Positions 26,339-40,200 of a stretch of DNA of 64,000 nucleotides are shown here, in pieces; the first letter of the stretch is position 1; the number at the start of each line of letters is the position of its first letter. Under the pieces are notes generated by a model. The model searched no databases. It was not told the origin of the DNA and saw nothing but the letters and a program-made list of their open reading frames with translations. This DNA is from Squalus acanthias (taxonomy: Eukaryota), in contig CM059425.1 in the NCBI GenBank assembly GCA_030390025.1, positions 162,752,001-162,816,000 of the forward strand, given 5' to 3'. The position numbers and the translations under genes were made by a program.

Positions 26339-26919
26339 ACTAAAGCCTCAGACAGTGGCCAGGGAGGGGTGTTTGTGGCGGGGACTAAAGACAATTGCTT
26401 CAGCCTTCCCAATATTTAATTGGAGGATATTAAACATGGTCGCAGCTCCAACAAATAGACAGAGCCTTGGACAATATACATACCCTGCAAAAATATGTTT
26501 GCATCAAAGAACTGGTAGCTGATTGATCAAAGGAAAACAGAGGTACATAGGAATTGGTAGACCAGAAAAGGCCACGGTCCATCTAGTTCGCCCTCTACCA
26601 TCCTGGCAGTCGCATGATACAATGATAATGGAGTGGTTGACGAATCATAGCAATCAGTCTCTATAATTTAGTCTACAACAAACCCAGATATGAAGTTAAG
26701 AAACCCTTCAGTGGTAGAAAACTTTGGGAACCATAGGTCTAAATTCACCTGTTCCTCCAAAGCATGCTACACTTACCACATGCCATGTCTCAAATTACTC
26801 ATATACTGTATTCCAATATATTATTTTCTGAAAGAAATCTCACTAATTTGCATTTGAATCAATCAATACTATCGGTTTCCATCGTCTCCATAGATTTACC
26901 AGTCGCTCACTGAAATAAT

Positions 26920-27674
26920 GGCTCAGATTTTCTTGTCAAAACAATGGCAAGCAAAGTAACGGTGAGGCTCATGGCGTTCGCCGTCATTTATGCACAAATG
27001 GTACAGCAACTTCAGGCGAGGGGCAGATGCGCAATTAAACAGAAATATCCAAAAGTTGCTGTCCGAGTTGCGCCACTCCGCCGTTAGCTTCACAAAAACA
27101 GCTTCTCACTGCATTGAAATGCATTGAATGATGTGGAGTTGATGTATTTGCGCGGTAGATATGAACTAAACTCGCCACAGAAAATTAAGTCTGAAATACC
27201 CTTTTAACAATGTGATAAGTGTTAATTACTGCCAATCAACCTCTCTGGCACTGAAAATTAACTATTGCAAGTGTGGCATCTCATTCCTTCAGGTTTCAAT
27301 TGTCGTTGGAGATTTTTTAAATGTCAAATTTAAAATTACATTTTTTTTTACTTTTCCTTTCCATCTCTTCTTTCTCTCTCTCTTAATCCAATCATTATTT
27401 CCCTCTCTTTAGTAGTTCTCTATCTGTACCTGATTCGACATTGAATTCATCCACTCTAATTTATGCTTCCCTCTCAGTCCTTGCGTTGTTAATTTCACAA
27501 TCCTTCAATCTGATTGGTTAAGGAGATACAGAGTTGCTTGTCCTGTTCACACAGGACTCAGATGGCCGGTTTCCCTCGCTGTGATGTTATCAGCTTGTAT
27601 TTTCAGCAACGTCATGCAAAAAATTTAAAAATCTAAACATGCGAGGGCGATGACCTGCTACAGCAAATTATGGC
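26920..27674. mobile_element. MITE related to 5152-5897 (opposite orientation)
   Basis: GGCTCAGATTTT left terminus; shared inverted blocks (CCTGAAGTTG, CCAATCA); AT-rich core. Confidence 0.6.
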
Positions 27675-27984
27675 TGAATATTTTCACAGAATAGTTTTGA
27701 ATTTACCCCTTTCAAGCGCAGGTCGTGTCCTGAACAGAATATGCCACAGGTTACATCGAGAAGGAAGTGCCTTACAAACTGAATAAAATTCTGCCCTGAA
27801 GGCTTCATTAGGTTGTTTTTCCAGGTACCATTGCATTGGTCATGGTAATGAGACCTAAGCACCAATTTTGGGCGATTCTCAGACCAACCAGTTTGGGCGC
27901 ACATAGTATGCACATCCTGCGTTTTGTGCCCATAGTCGGGAGTTGACCAATTTCTCCCACCTATAAGACTCAGATTGGCAGAAG

Positions 27985-29802
27985 GTGGGAAGTGGTGTTC
28001 CACAGGGATCAGTACTGTGGCTATTACTATTCACCATTTACATAAACAATTTGGACTCGGGAATCGGAAGTACAATTTCAAAACTTGACACCAAATTGGG
28101 GGGTATAGTTAATACTGAGGAAGACTGTGACAAAATACAAGATGTAAATAAACTTGCAGAATGGGCGTGTAAATGGCAAATTCATTTTAATATAGGTAAA
28201 TGTAAGGTGGTGCATTTTGGTAGGAGGAATAAATAGGCCACAAACTCCTTGGAAAATAAGAGTCTAAATGGTGTAGAAGAGCAAAGGGATCTAGGGGTAC
28301 ACATTCATAAATCATTATAAGTAACATTGCAAGGTAACAAGGTCATAAAATGCAAAGAAAGCACTGGTGTTCATTTCTAGAGGGATTGAATTGAAAAGCA
28401 GGGAAGTTATGATAAACTTGTATATAAAGCTTGGTTAGACCACACTTGGAGTACTGTGCACAGTTCTGGTCTCCATATTATAAAAAGGATATAGAGGCAG
28501 GTGCAGAGAAGATTCACAAGGATGATACCAGAACTGAGAGGATATACTTATCAGGAAAGGCTGAATCGGCTTTTCTCTAGAAAAGAGAAGGCCGAGGGGC
28601 GACCTATTAGAGATCTTTAAAATTATGAAGGGGTTTGATAGGGTAGTCGCATGGAGTAGTTGAGGCAAATAGATGCTTTTAAGAGGAAGCTAGGTAATTA
28701 TTATATATATATATACAATAAATATAGCCAAATTTACTGATGATACAAAGATAGGTGGGAAAGCAAGTTGTGAAGAGGACACAAAGAATCTGCAAAGGGA
28801 TATAGATAGGCTAAGTGAGTGGGCAAAAATTTGGCAGATGGAGTATAATGTGGGAAAATGTGAGGTTATCCACTTTTGTAGGAAAAATAAAAAAGCAAAT
28901 TATTATTTAAATGGAGAGAGATTACAAAATGCTGCAGTACAGAGGGATCTGGGTGTCCTTGTACATGAAACGCCAAAAATTTGGAATGCAGGTACAGCAA
29001 GTAATTAGGAAGGCAAATAGAATGTTGGCCTTTATTGCAAGGGGGATGGAGTATAAAAGTAGGGAAGTCCTGCTACAATTGTACAGGGTATTGGTGAGAC
29101 CACACCTAGAGTACTGCGTACAGTTTTGGTCTCCTTATTTAAGGAGTGATATACTTGCATTGGAGGCAGTTCAGAGAAGGTTCACTAGGTTGATTCCTGA
29201 AATGAAGCGGTTGTCTTATGAAGAAAGGTTGAGCAGGTTGGGCCTATACTCATTGGAGTTTAGAAGAATGAGAGGTGGTCTTATTGAAACATATAAGATG
29301 CTGAGGGGGCTTGACAAGGTAGATGCAGAGAGGATGTTTCCCCTCGTGGGGGAATCTAGTTTCAGAATAAGGGGTCGCCCATTTAAAACGGAGATGAGGA
29401 GGAATTTCTTCTCTCAGAGGGTCGTGAATCTGTGGAATTCTCTACCCCAGAGAGCTGTGGAGGCTGGGTCATTGAATATATTTAAGGTGGAGATAGACAG
29501 ATTTTTGAATGATAAGGGAGTCAAGGGTTATGGGGAGCGGGCAGGGAAGTGGAGTTGAGGCCAAGATCAGATCAGACATGATCTTATTGAATGGTGGAGC
29601 AGGCTGGAGGGGCCAAATGGCCTACTCCTGCTCCTATTTCTTATGTTCTTAAGTATATGAGGAAGAAAGGACTAGAAGGTTATGTAGATAGGGTTAGATG
29701 AAGTAGGATGGGAGGAGGCTCGTATATAGCATAAACAAGAACATAGACTAGTTGGGCTGAATGGCCTGTTTCAGTGCTGTAAATTCTACGTAATTCTATG
29801 TA
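27985..29802 (+). mobile_element. Older CR1 3' fragment with a younger CR1 3' fragment (about 28725-29650) nested in it
   Basis: GVPQGSVL in ORF 27985-28236; a second ORF2 C-terminus at 28911-29558 with a (TTCTTATG) tail; the outer 3' UTR resumes about 29651 and ends in ATTCTATG repeats. Confidence 0.85.
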
Positions 29803-30694
29803 AGATTGGGTAAGGGAGATCCTTATCTATTCTGTTTCTCCCTCAAACCTGCTTACCAGTTGAAGCGGAAGCTCACAATACTCTGTGAAAGAACCTTGTA
29901 AATAAAGATTATGTAAAAAAATAAAATGGCAAGATATTTTCTGAATGCATGGAAGAACTGTAGGGATAAGATAAGCAGTGCTGCTGCTCACCAATGTAAC
30001 TGTCTTCTTATGTAATTTGCTACAAACTGCTAATAAGATTGGTTATATCATTAATGCCAACGTAGCGTCAAAGCTTATATACAGCATCAACAAAGCATGC
30101 CAAAGAAATGTTGATGTGCAATAATTTAGGAGGGGTAAATAATTCCATAATATATCAGTATACTTTGTCACACTCTGATCCATACTTCAACAGAAGGACT
30201 TTTGACGTTGAAATCTGGTGATGCTGAAATGGGGCGCAGTTTTAGTTTTGTCAGTATCAGTGGTAGTTTATCCACATACTTCACCAGAGTGCGCATCACC
30301 CAGACTTTGTGCACTGAAGGTCCCCCATTGCCGATGCCTGTGTGTGGTGATTAAGGAGGAGTGGGAGTGGGTGACAAATCTGGTTCTAATATCAAAGCAC
30401 TTGTAGAGAATCTGAAAAAGTCAGTATATGTTCATGTAATTAAATAACTCTGGTGTGTTAAAAGAGCTGGATAATAGTGAACAATTAATTTTTATATAAT
30501 TCTTCTCTTTGGTTTCTCTGTGTTATACATCACCTTTGTTTGAGACAATAGACAGACGCCCTGCCTGCAAACCTCTGCCAATGGTACTCTGTAACTGGCT
30601 GCTGGGAGGTAAATAAAAATGGCCTGAATGGCTCTCCTGATTTTCCATCCCTCTCTGTAGCTCCCATGCAGCAAAACTGAGACAAAATTGTATT

Positions 30695-31422
30695 GGCCCA
30701 GATTTTGCAGGGCTGATGACGTTGTAAAGCCCTCAGAATGTCTGCGCAAGTTCCGGGTTTCCGCATGTGCTGCGCATGCGCGAAGACCCGGAACTTGAGA
30801 TCTGTCAAGGTTCACCTTGACAGATCGTCCGCATGCGCCCCAAAAACACTTTCGCTGGTGCAGGGTTGGGCTATTTGCCCAACTACTGTCCAGCAAATGC
30901 CCATGAAACCCTTACGCCTGGTAAAAGCAGACGTAGGAGCTACTTTTACCAGCATAAGGGATAAAATAAATGTTAAATTAAAATTTTTTAAATGATTAAA
31001 ACATACAAAAACATTTAAAATTAGTTCATGTAAATTTTGGCCCGGATTAAAATGTTTAAAATTATTTTTCAAAATATTAAATTTTTATTTTAAATGCTTA
31101 ATTAAAGAGACTTTTAATTAATTTTGACCATGTGAATATTTATTTTTTATTAAAATTGTGTTAATTATTTATTCATTTGGGGATTCCGTTCGTAAATGGA
31201 ATCCCCATAAGCTTATGAGGAATCCCCCTTTCTAATTGGTTGACCTGGCCCACGTGATCCCAGGGATGCTTCCGAACTGCCTGCATCCCTGGAATCCGTG
31301 GGCCTTTACGCAGGTGTACGCCTGCAGGCCCAGGACCCGAAGACTCTGAAGCCCGGGAGCCAGCAGGTACTTTTGGATTTTTTTTTAGGGTCGGAGGCAT
31401 ACTCCAGAGCAAATGTCGACCC
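30695..31422. mobile_element. MITE with GC-rich arms and AT-rich core
   Basis: GGCCCAGATTTTGC left end, degenerate right end, ATT on both flanks, internal palindrome CTGTCAAG-N6-CTTGACAG. Related to 32473-33226. Confidence 0.7.
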
Positions 31423-31754
31423 ATTGTATAGCAATAAAAGTCCCACCATATCTTGGTACAGCATACTGGAGCTTGTGAACACTGTGCCACCACACACCAA
31501 GTTGTCTAATTATCTTATAATATTTAAATGTCAGCATTCAGCAATATCATGAACTGTGACATATCTGACATCCTATCTGGGTAGCTGCAATAGTTGCAGT
31601 GGAGATTTCACCATTGCAGCCATTGGCAGTGAATTCATTGCAGCATAATACCGTTAAAGGAAGTCACACAACACAACAAAGTGCTTGATTGAAATTTACA
31701 GAGATACAACACTTGAAGTGATGGCTCATTTCAAAGCTTATGTTTAAGTATGAG

Positions 31755-31836
31755 AAGTCGCACAATACCAGGTTATAGTCCAACAGATTTATTTAAAATT
31801 ACAAGCTTTTGGAGCTGTCGCCCCTTCCTCAGGTAG
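31755..31836 (-). mobile_element. Penelope-like terminal fragment (second family) with a degenerate hammerhead motif
   Basis: Minus strand reads CTGAGGA-AGGGGCGACAGCTCC-AAAAGCTT...TGTTGGACTATAACCTGGT. Confidence 0.65.
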
Positions 31837-32472
31837 AGTTACTGTTTAAGTAGATTTCCATCTAGATTTAGTTAATGAGAAAAGTTGTTTATACAAAGAT
31901 ACAATTGTTGAATAAAGCACCTTGCTGGTTTTAGCTAATTAGCAATGCAAGTGCTCTAGACCTGAATACACTTACATGTTCAGCATTGGATTTCAATCCA
32001 CATCAATGGTAATAGAAATTAACCATAAAAGGTAGTATAGTTAGCAGCTGTTTGATAAGAATACAGATAGTGATTGAATTCAAAGCTGCTATAATGAACA
32101 TCCATACAATTTAACAACAATAAAATGGGTAGCATGGGTTATTGCTTATCTCTCCAGAGTACTGAAAGAAGACATCGCATTTTGCCAGTGCTATTCAGGC
32201 ACCTGATACAAAAGGACATAGGACAAGTTCAGGATTACTTGTGAGTTGATTTTAATTCCCTATCTGTGGAGAAGTGCCTAACCTCTACTTGACCGTCTCT
32301 CCTGATAACCAAGCTGATATTTGGAAGTTATCATCATGTAACATATACATCATGGGAAGAAAGTAAAGTTAATTCACAGAATTCAGTTTCCTTCAGATGC
32401 ATATTTGGTCAGTTTGGGTGTCACACTGATTCCATTTGCACAAACAGCCAGGAGTGTCCAAAGGCAGATAAT

Positions 32473-33226
32473 GGCCCGTATTTTCCAAACCCTACGGGTG
32501 TGTACGAGCTGTGTACATACCCGTAGGGATCTTGCAAGTGCCGGTTTCAGGCATGTGAAGCACATGCGCTGAAAACCGGCACTTCCGACCTGTCAAGAAT
32601 CCTCTTGACAGATCGCACGCCTGCCCTGGAGAAGGGCCTCTGCGGGTGGAGAGTTCCGCTTTCTGCAGAACCTCTGCCCGCTAAAATCCCTTAACAATCT
32701 TACGCCTGGTTAAAGCAGGTAAGGCCGCCTGCTTTTACCAGCATAGAGTTTAAAAAAGTTTTTTTTTTAAATTTCACTCATTTATAATTTAGAAATACTT
32801 TTAAAAAAGGTAAGTTTATTTTTAGCCCCGTAAAAAACTTTAATTTTTTTTCAAAAAATTTAATTTTTGTTTAAAATATTTATTTTAATACATTTTAACT
32901 AATTTTAAAAACGTGATTTTTTAAAAATGTATTTAATGTTTTGAAATCTTTTTGCAGTGATCTCCTTTCATACTTTTGACAGGTCTAAGCTGTCAAAAGT
33001 ATGAAGGGAGATTCCCTTCTCCCATTGGTTCCCCATGGCCCACGTGATCCCAGGGACGCTTGCGAACTGCATGCGCCCCTGTGATACCCGGGCCCTGCGC
33101 ATTTCGTCGTGGAGAGGCCCAGGAATGGAAATGTCCGGACCTACAGAGCCCTCAGGTAAGGGTGTAGATTTTTTCCAGATCGGAGGCCTCCGCACGCAGG
33201 AAGCCTCCGATCGGAAAATACGGGCC
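32473..33226. mobile_element. MITE with GC-rich arms and AT-rich core
   Basis: Perfect 14-bp TIR GGCCCGTATTTTCC, flanks AAT and ATT, and the same internal CTGTCAAG-N6-CTTGACAG palindrome as the 30695 copy. Confidence 0.88.
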
Positions 33227-34234
33227 ATTGTAACAGTGTGGCAAGCGCTATGCAGTCTATTTTCTTTCTCCTCACATAATAATATTTATGCATTGTATAC
33301 TAATTTGCTGTTCCACAGATCTGTATATGGAATGATCGCTGTTATGAATGTAAAAAAATAGGAAAAATACTAAAGCTATTTGGTCCATTGATACTATGCT
33401 TTCGACCAGGCTGTATACAATTTTTACAGTTATGAAGTCTACCCAATTTAATCTGCTGAGAGTGAATAGCCACAGCAAAACCTCCAAGAGAATAAAGGTG
33501 TGTGAAGTTTCTTCTTAACCTCAAAGATAATCAAGTTAAAACTCCAGATTATGAAACACTACAACTTACGTTTAACTCGACTAGTTTTATTCCGCAGACA
33601 ACATCCCCACAGTCCTAACAACACAGTTGTGTTATATGGAGTATTTAATTATTGTTCTGTACACTTATTCTTATCACTTTCCATCCCATTCTTAACCAGA
33701 TATTTACCCAACTCGTTTTTAAAGGAGTTAATCAACACACCATTTTCTGTTTTTGATAGGAGTCTACGGAATATATCTAATGCTCTTAGGGAAATCCTCT
33801 TTGAACCTCTAGCCCCTCTTGAGGTTTTCCAAGAATGTACTCATGTCCTCTAGTTCTCTAATTACAAATTCAGTTAATTAAATAATTCATATCGACACTG
33901 TCTTTGCCTTTTCACATTCTAAAAATCTGAATTATGTCCCTCATCAATATTATTTTCTCTAACAAAAACAAGTTTAATTCTTAGAGAAACTCTCTTCAAA
34001 GCTTAGACCTGGAAGTCCCAATTCATCAATGTTGCTCTCCTTTGAGCCCTCTCAAATGTCCTAAAGACGCATTCCAGGACGTGATTGGCCTTGTTGGTAA
34101 AAGATTAACTAAATACTTCTGAATAATCAATAATAAACATCTATTTCTTTTTTACTTTTCACATATGTCAATGGATAATGGTGCTAAAATAGAAAATTAC
34201 AAAACCAGGTGTACTCTGCTGATGGGTACATAAA

Positions 34235-35095
34235 CAAATAGACTGTAACTAAAATAACTTTAAATAAAACTTAACAAATTAAATTAAAATTTCATTGGCC
34301 GGGGTGATGATGCACTCCAGTCCCCGCGGCGCCCACCGGTTGCGGAAGGCCTCAAGCTTGCCAACGGACACCGCGTGCTCCATCTCCAGGGCCACCCAGG
34401 CGTGAACATGGCCGCGGAAGAGAGGCAGGCAGTCGGGCCGAGCGACCCCCTTGACCGCCCGCTGCCTGGGCCAGTTAATGGCAACTTTGGCCAGGCCCAA
34501 GAGCAGTCCAATGAGGAGGTCCTCCGATCTGCCCGCTCCCCTCCGCACCGGGTGACCAAAGATCAGGAGCGTGGGACTGAAGTGCAGCCAAAAATCGAGG
34601 AGCAGCCCCTTCAAATAATGGAAGAGGGGCTGCAACCTCTCACATTCTATATATACGTGAACACGGACTCCTCCAGGCTGCAGAAAAGGCAGGCGGCCTG
34701 GGAGTCTGTGAACCTACTTAAAACTTTATTGCACGGGACTGCTCCGTGCAACACCCTCTAGGCCAAGTCCCCAATAGAAAAAGGGAGGACTCCCGCGTAG
34801 AGAGCCCTCCATTGGGGACCCCCGCCAGACGCCAAGGCGTGTCTGGAAGGCAGACGAAGGTGGCAAAGTGGAGAGTGTGCAGGAGCAGCCCGTACAGGAA
34901 ACCCCTCCATGCAGAATGAAAAGGCACGGAGGGCATTTCCCCGAGATGGCTCAAGTTGTGAGGCGCCGGTTCCCGAGAGGGGTTTCGGGGCCGGGCGCCA
35001 ATGAGGAATTCCGTCCAAATGGGGGTCAGTTCGGACGGGATCGCCCCACGTGCTTGAGCCTCCTCGATACACCTAGTGGAGTTGGGGCCAATGCC
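34235..35095 (-). mobile_element. Tx1/L1-clade LINE ORF2 3' fragment
   Basis: GDLA(W)RVLHGAVPCN, a C..C...ES.FH...EC..LQP zinc-knuckle region and LLLGLAKVAI...FRNRWAP; frameshifted; GC-rich. Confidence 0.8.
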
Positions 35096-35394
35096 ACTTT
35101 CAGCGACTCAAAGCCAGGTGTAAAGGTAACTGGCATTCATATATAAGCATTTAGGTCCCCATTTATTAGCTAAAATAACTTAATAATTTAATTCAAAACT
35201 GTTTTAATTGTAGATTTATTGCTTACTTCTGCATGTAAAATATTGTACTAACAATTAATATTTTACCATCTAATTTTCTATTTATGAAATTGAAGATGTC
35301 AAGACAACTGAAGGCTGATTTTCTAAATTTCAATGGACAGTATTTTGTGGGAAGCACACCCATGATCTCCAGGTGAAAGAGGCTCCCTGCCGGG

Positions 35395-35672
35395 AAATAA
35401 TTTGATTTTAGTAATGTTGGTTGAGGGATAAATGCTGGCCAGGAAAACTCCCCTCTTCTTCCAATAGCGCCTCTAGATCTTTTACTTCCACCAGAAAGAG
35501 CAGATGTAGCCTTGGTTTAACATCTCATCTGAAAACCAACACCTCCGACAGTACAGCACTCCCTCAGTCTAGATTATTTGTTCAAGTCTCTGGAGTGAGG
35601 CTCAAGTCTCTACAGTGAATCCATAACCTTCTGATTCAGATGCAAGAGTGCTACTGCTGATCCAAGGCTGCC
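35395..35672 (-). mobile_element. tRNA-derived SINE, DeuSINE/SacSINE1-like
   Basis: Minus-strand tRNA-like head (GCCTTGGATCAGCAGTAGCACTCTTGCATCTGAATCAGAAGGTTATGGATTCA) followed by GAGGGAGTGCTGTACTGTCGGAGGTG...CAGATGAGATGTTAAACC, which I recognise as Deu-domain-like. Confidence 0.7.
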
Positions 35673-35699
35673 ACTTTGACAAAATATTACATACTAGAT

Positions 35700-36460
35700 T
35701 ACTTTACAAGGTAGAAAGGCACAGAATAGAAGACAAACTTTTGAAATGGATAACTTACTGGTTGAATTAGAGGATGCAAAGCATAATTGTAAAGAAAGCA
35801 GCATCTAGATGGAAAGAGGTGACGAGCTGGGATTGGTTCTGGGGTCATTGTTGTATATTAATGATCTGGAGGAAGGGACAGTGACAAAGCTCTCCAAGTC
35901 TGCCAATGATACCAATTAGAGGAGATGTAATGAGCAGGGAACAAACAGACCAGTTGCAGAGGGATTTCAATAAGTTGGGGGATTGGGCTAAAGATTGGAA
36001 GAAGTTGGAATACAAAATAAAAGAGAAAATTCTCCAGAAAATAACGTAAAAGAAGGGAGTTTTAGCAGAAACTACCATTAAACCATCAGCACAATGTGCA
36101 GTGGTAGTGAAAAAGGAAAACAGAATCTTAGGGAGTACAATTTGAAAGTTAGAGCTAAAGGCTTAGGAAGTGATCATTAGCTAAAACAAAGCACTGATCC
36201 ACTCCCATCTTGAATACTGTTTACAGTACTGGACACCATCACTGTGGGACATTCTGTCTTGGAGGAATTACAAAGAAGAACAACTAAATTGTCGTGGAAT
36301 TGAGTAACTAAACTACGAGGAAAAGCCAAGGGTACTAGCACTGTCTACATTGAAAAAATGTGGCTTAAAGTTGACCTTACTTATTTAAGTTAATCAGGGG
36401 AATAAATAAACTGGATTCTAGAAAGCTGTTCAATATTAACACAAACTCTAGATCTAGTGA
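35700..36460 (+). mobile_element. Ancient CR1-like RT remnant
   Basis: Degenerate YINDLEEG, SKSANDT and HLEYCLQYW motifs. Confidence 0.6.
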
Positions 36461-37262
36461 TGCAACATGGGTAACCAGGTTTTCCTGGAGCTTGTTCGAT
36501 TGCATTAGAATCAGGGTGGAACTTCCCAGAGTTTTTACTGAAACTGACCACCGTATTTTTTCTCTGCATTTTTGACTCCCCCAAGAGTTGGCATTACTAG
36601 CTGTCAGGGCGGGTTACACACGTGTTTCATTGCTTGGATATGCCTGATGGTATTTTTCACCTTTTTGTATTTTGGTAAGAAATTATGACAAAGGGACAAA
36701 CAATACTGTGTCCAATTATACCAAAATGAGGACATATACGAAGAGAAATGGTATATTGGTCATGGATCTGTTGATTGGTAGGAATGCTAATCATTTCTAT
36801 CTGTGGTAGCAGGGTAATTGAGGGCCAGTATGTCAGCCACAGGCTGATGAGGGCCCTGATCCCAGAGTAAGGGTATGGCCCCTTTAAGGACCTTGCCTTT
36901 AAAAGGCAGTTAGTTCAAGGGAAGTGGAGAGAGCTGAAAGATGTACTGTGTGGTCTTACTTTGTGTTACTTGAATTAGAAAAAGGTGTTTGAAACTTGGA
37001 CTGTTCAAGGACGACTGTTTGTATGGGAAAGGAAGCTCTGAGATGGTGTAACCCTGTGCATCCAGTGTTGATTGGAGAGGTTTCTTTCTTTATTGCAGTA
37101 TTAGTCAACCAATAGTTACATGGTGGGGAAAAGAAGCCCTTGGCTATGCTGCTCAAAACCACGTAAGTGTTTTTTTCTATCTTTCTCTTTGCACAGGTAG
37201 CAAAACAACTTGCAAGAGATGTGTTCTTGGTACTGGTCAAGTGGAGGTGGTTGGAAGTGGAG

Positions 37263-40200
37263 TTTTTTTAATTCGTTCCGTGATGTGGGTGTTGCTGACA
37301 AGGCCAGCATTTATTGCTCATCCCCAGTTGCCCTTGAGAAGGTGGTGGTGAGCCACCTTCTTGAACCGTTGCAGTCCCTGTGGTGAAGGTACTCCCATAG
37401 TGCTGTTAGGTAGGGAGTTCCAGGATTTTGACCCAGTGACGATGAAGGAACAGCGATATATTTTCAAGTCAGGATGGTGTGTAACTTGGAGAGGAACTTG
37501 CAGGTGATGGTGTTCCCATGCGCCTGCTGCCCTTGTCATTCTAGGTGGAAGAGGTCACGGGTTTGGGAGATGCTGCCGAAGAAGCCTTGGTGAGTTGCTG
37601 CAGTGCATCTTGTAGATGATACACACTGCAGCCACAGTGCGCCAGTGGTGGAGGGAGTGAATGTTTAAGGTGGTGGATGGGGTGCCAATCAAGCGGGCTG
37701 GATGGTGTCAAGCTTCTTGAGTGTGGGTGGGGCTGCACTCATCCAGGCAAGTGGAAAGTATTCCATCACACTCCTGACTTGTGCCTTGTAGATGGTGGAA
37801 AGGCTTTGGGGAGTCAGGAGGTGAGACACTCGCTGCAAAATACCTAAACTCTGACCTGCTCTTGTTGCCACAGTATTTATGTGGCTGGTCCAGTTAAGTT
37901 TCTGGTCAATGCTGACCCCCAGGATGTTGATGATGGGGGATTCGGTGATGGTAATGCTGTTGAATGTCAAGAGGAGGTGGTTAGACTCTCGCTTGTTGGG
38001 AGATAGTTATTGCCTGGCACTTGTGTGGCGAGAATGTTACCTGACACTTATCAGCCCAAGCCTGAATGTCGTCCAGGTCTTGCTGCATGCGGGCATGGAC
38101 TGCTACATTTTCTGAGGAGTTGCGAATGGAACTGAATACTCTGCAATTATCAGCGAACATCCCCACTTCTGACCTTATGATGGAGGGACGGTCATTGATG
38201 AATCAGCTGAAGATGGTTGGGCCTGGGACACTGCCCTGAGGAACTCCTGCAGCGATGTCCTGGGGCTGAGACGATTGACCCCCACAACCATCTTCCTTTG
38301 TGTTAGGTATGACTCCAGCCAGTGGAGAGTTTTTCCTCTGATTCCCATTGACTTCAATTTTACTAGAGCTCCTTGGTGCCACACTCGGTCAAGGGCAGTC
38401 ACTCTCACCTCACCTCTGCAATTCAGCTCTTTTGTCCATGTTTGGACCAAGGCTGTAATGAGGTCTGGAGTCGAGTGGTCCTGGTGGAACCCAAACTGAG
38501 CATTGGTGAGCAGGTTATTGGTGAGTAAGTGCCACTTGATAGCACTGTCGACGACACCTTCCATCACTTTGCTGATGATTAAGAGTAGAATGATGGGGCG
38601 GTAATTGGCCAGATTGGATTTGTCTTGCTTTTTGTGGACAGGACATACCTGGGCAGTTTTCCACATTGTCGGGTAGATGGCAGTGTTGTAGCTGCACTGG
38701 AACAGCTTGGCTAGAGGCGCGGCTAGTTCTGGAGCACAAGTCCTCAGCACGATAGCCGGGATGTTGTCGGGGCCCATAGCCTTTGCTGTATCCAGTGCGC
38801 TCAGCCATTTCTTGATATCACGTGGAGTGTATCGAATTGGCTGAAGACTGGCTTCTGTGATGGTAGGGACCTCAGGAGGGGGCCGATATGGATCATCCAC
38901 TCGGCACTTCTGGCTGGAGATGGTTGCAAACGCTTCAGCCTTGTCTTTTGCACTAGCATGCTGGGCTCCGCCATCACTGAGGATGGGGATATTCATGGAG
39001 CCTCCTCCTCCTGTTAGTTGTTTAATTGTCCACCACCATTCACGACTGGATGTGGCAGGACTGCAGAGCTTTGATCTGATCCGTAGATTGTGGGATCACT
39101 TAGCTCTGTCTATAGCATGTTGCTTCTGCTGCTTAGCATGCATGTAGTCCTGTGTTGCAGCTTCCCCAGGTTGGCACCTCATTTTTAGGTACGCCTGGTG
39201 CTGCTCCTGGCATGCTCTTCTGCACTCCTTATTGAACCAGGGTTGGTCCCCTGGCTTGATGATAATGGTAGAGTGAGTGATATGCCGGGCCATGAGGTTA
39301 CAGATTGTGGTGGAATACAATTCTGCTGCTGCTGATGGCCCACAGCGCCTCATGGATGCTCAGTTTTGAGCTGCTAGATCTGTTTTGAATCTATCCCATT
39401 TAGCACGGTGGTAGTGCCACACAACACAATGGAGGGTGTCCTCAGTGTGAAGACGGGACTTCGTCTCCACAATGACTGCACTTTGCCTCCACAATGACTG
39501 CAGTGGTCACTGCTACCAATGCTGTCATGGACAGATGCATCTGCGACAGGTAGATTGGTGAGGATGAGGTCAAGTAGGTTTTTCCCTCGTGTTGGTTCTC
39601 TCACCACCTGCCGCAGGCCCAGACTGGCAGCTATGTCCTTCAGGACTCGGCCAGCTCAGTCAGTAGTGGTGCTACCAAGCCACTCGTGGTGATGGAAATT
39701 GAAGTCCCCAATCAAGACTACATTCTGTGCCCTTGTTACCCTCAGTACTTCTTCCTAGTGGTTTTCAACATGGAGGAGTACTGATTCATCAGCTGAGGGA
39801 GGGCGGTAGGTGGTAATCTTGCCCATGCTTGATCTGAAGCCATGGGTCCAGAGTCAATGTTGAGAACTCCCAGGGCCACTCCCTCCCGACTGTATACCAC
39901 TGTGCCCCCACCCCTGGTGGGTCTGTCCTGCCGGTGGGACAGGACATACCCAGGGATGGTGATGAAGGAGTTTGGGACATTGGCTTAAAAGTATGATTCT
40001 GTGAGTATGACTATGTCAGGTTGTTGCTTGACTAGTCTGTGGGACAGCTCTCCCAATTTTGACACAAGGCCCCAGATATAAGTGAGGAGGACTTTGCAGG
40101 GTCGACTCGGCTGAATGTATCGTTGTTGTGTCCGAAGCCGTTGCCTAGCTCGATACTGGGTGGTCCATCCGGTTTTAATCTTACAACTGTTACATATGTT

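Noticed and set aside
29857..29957. Minus-strand exon candidate (acceptor ccctacag, donor CTG|gtaagc)
   Set aside because: The internal ATG hits a stop after 13 codons, and the frame matching MCTP1 has no ATG. It could only be a UTR exon, which is unsupported.
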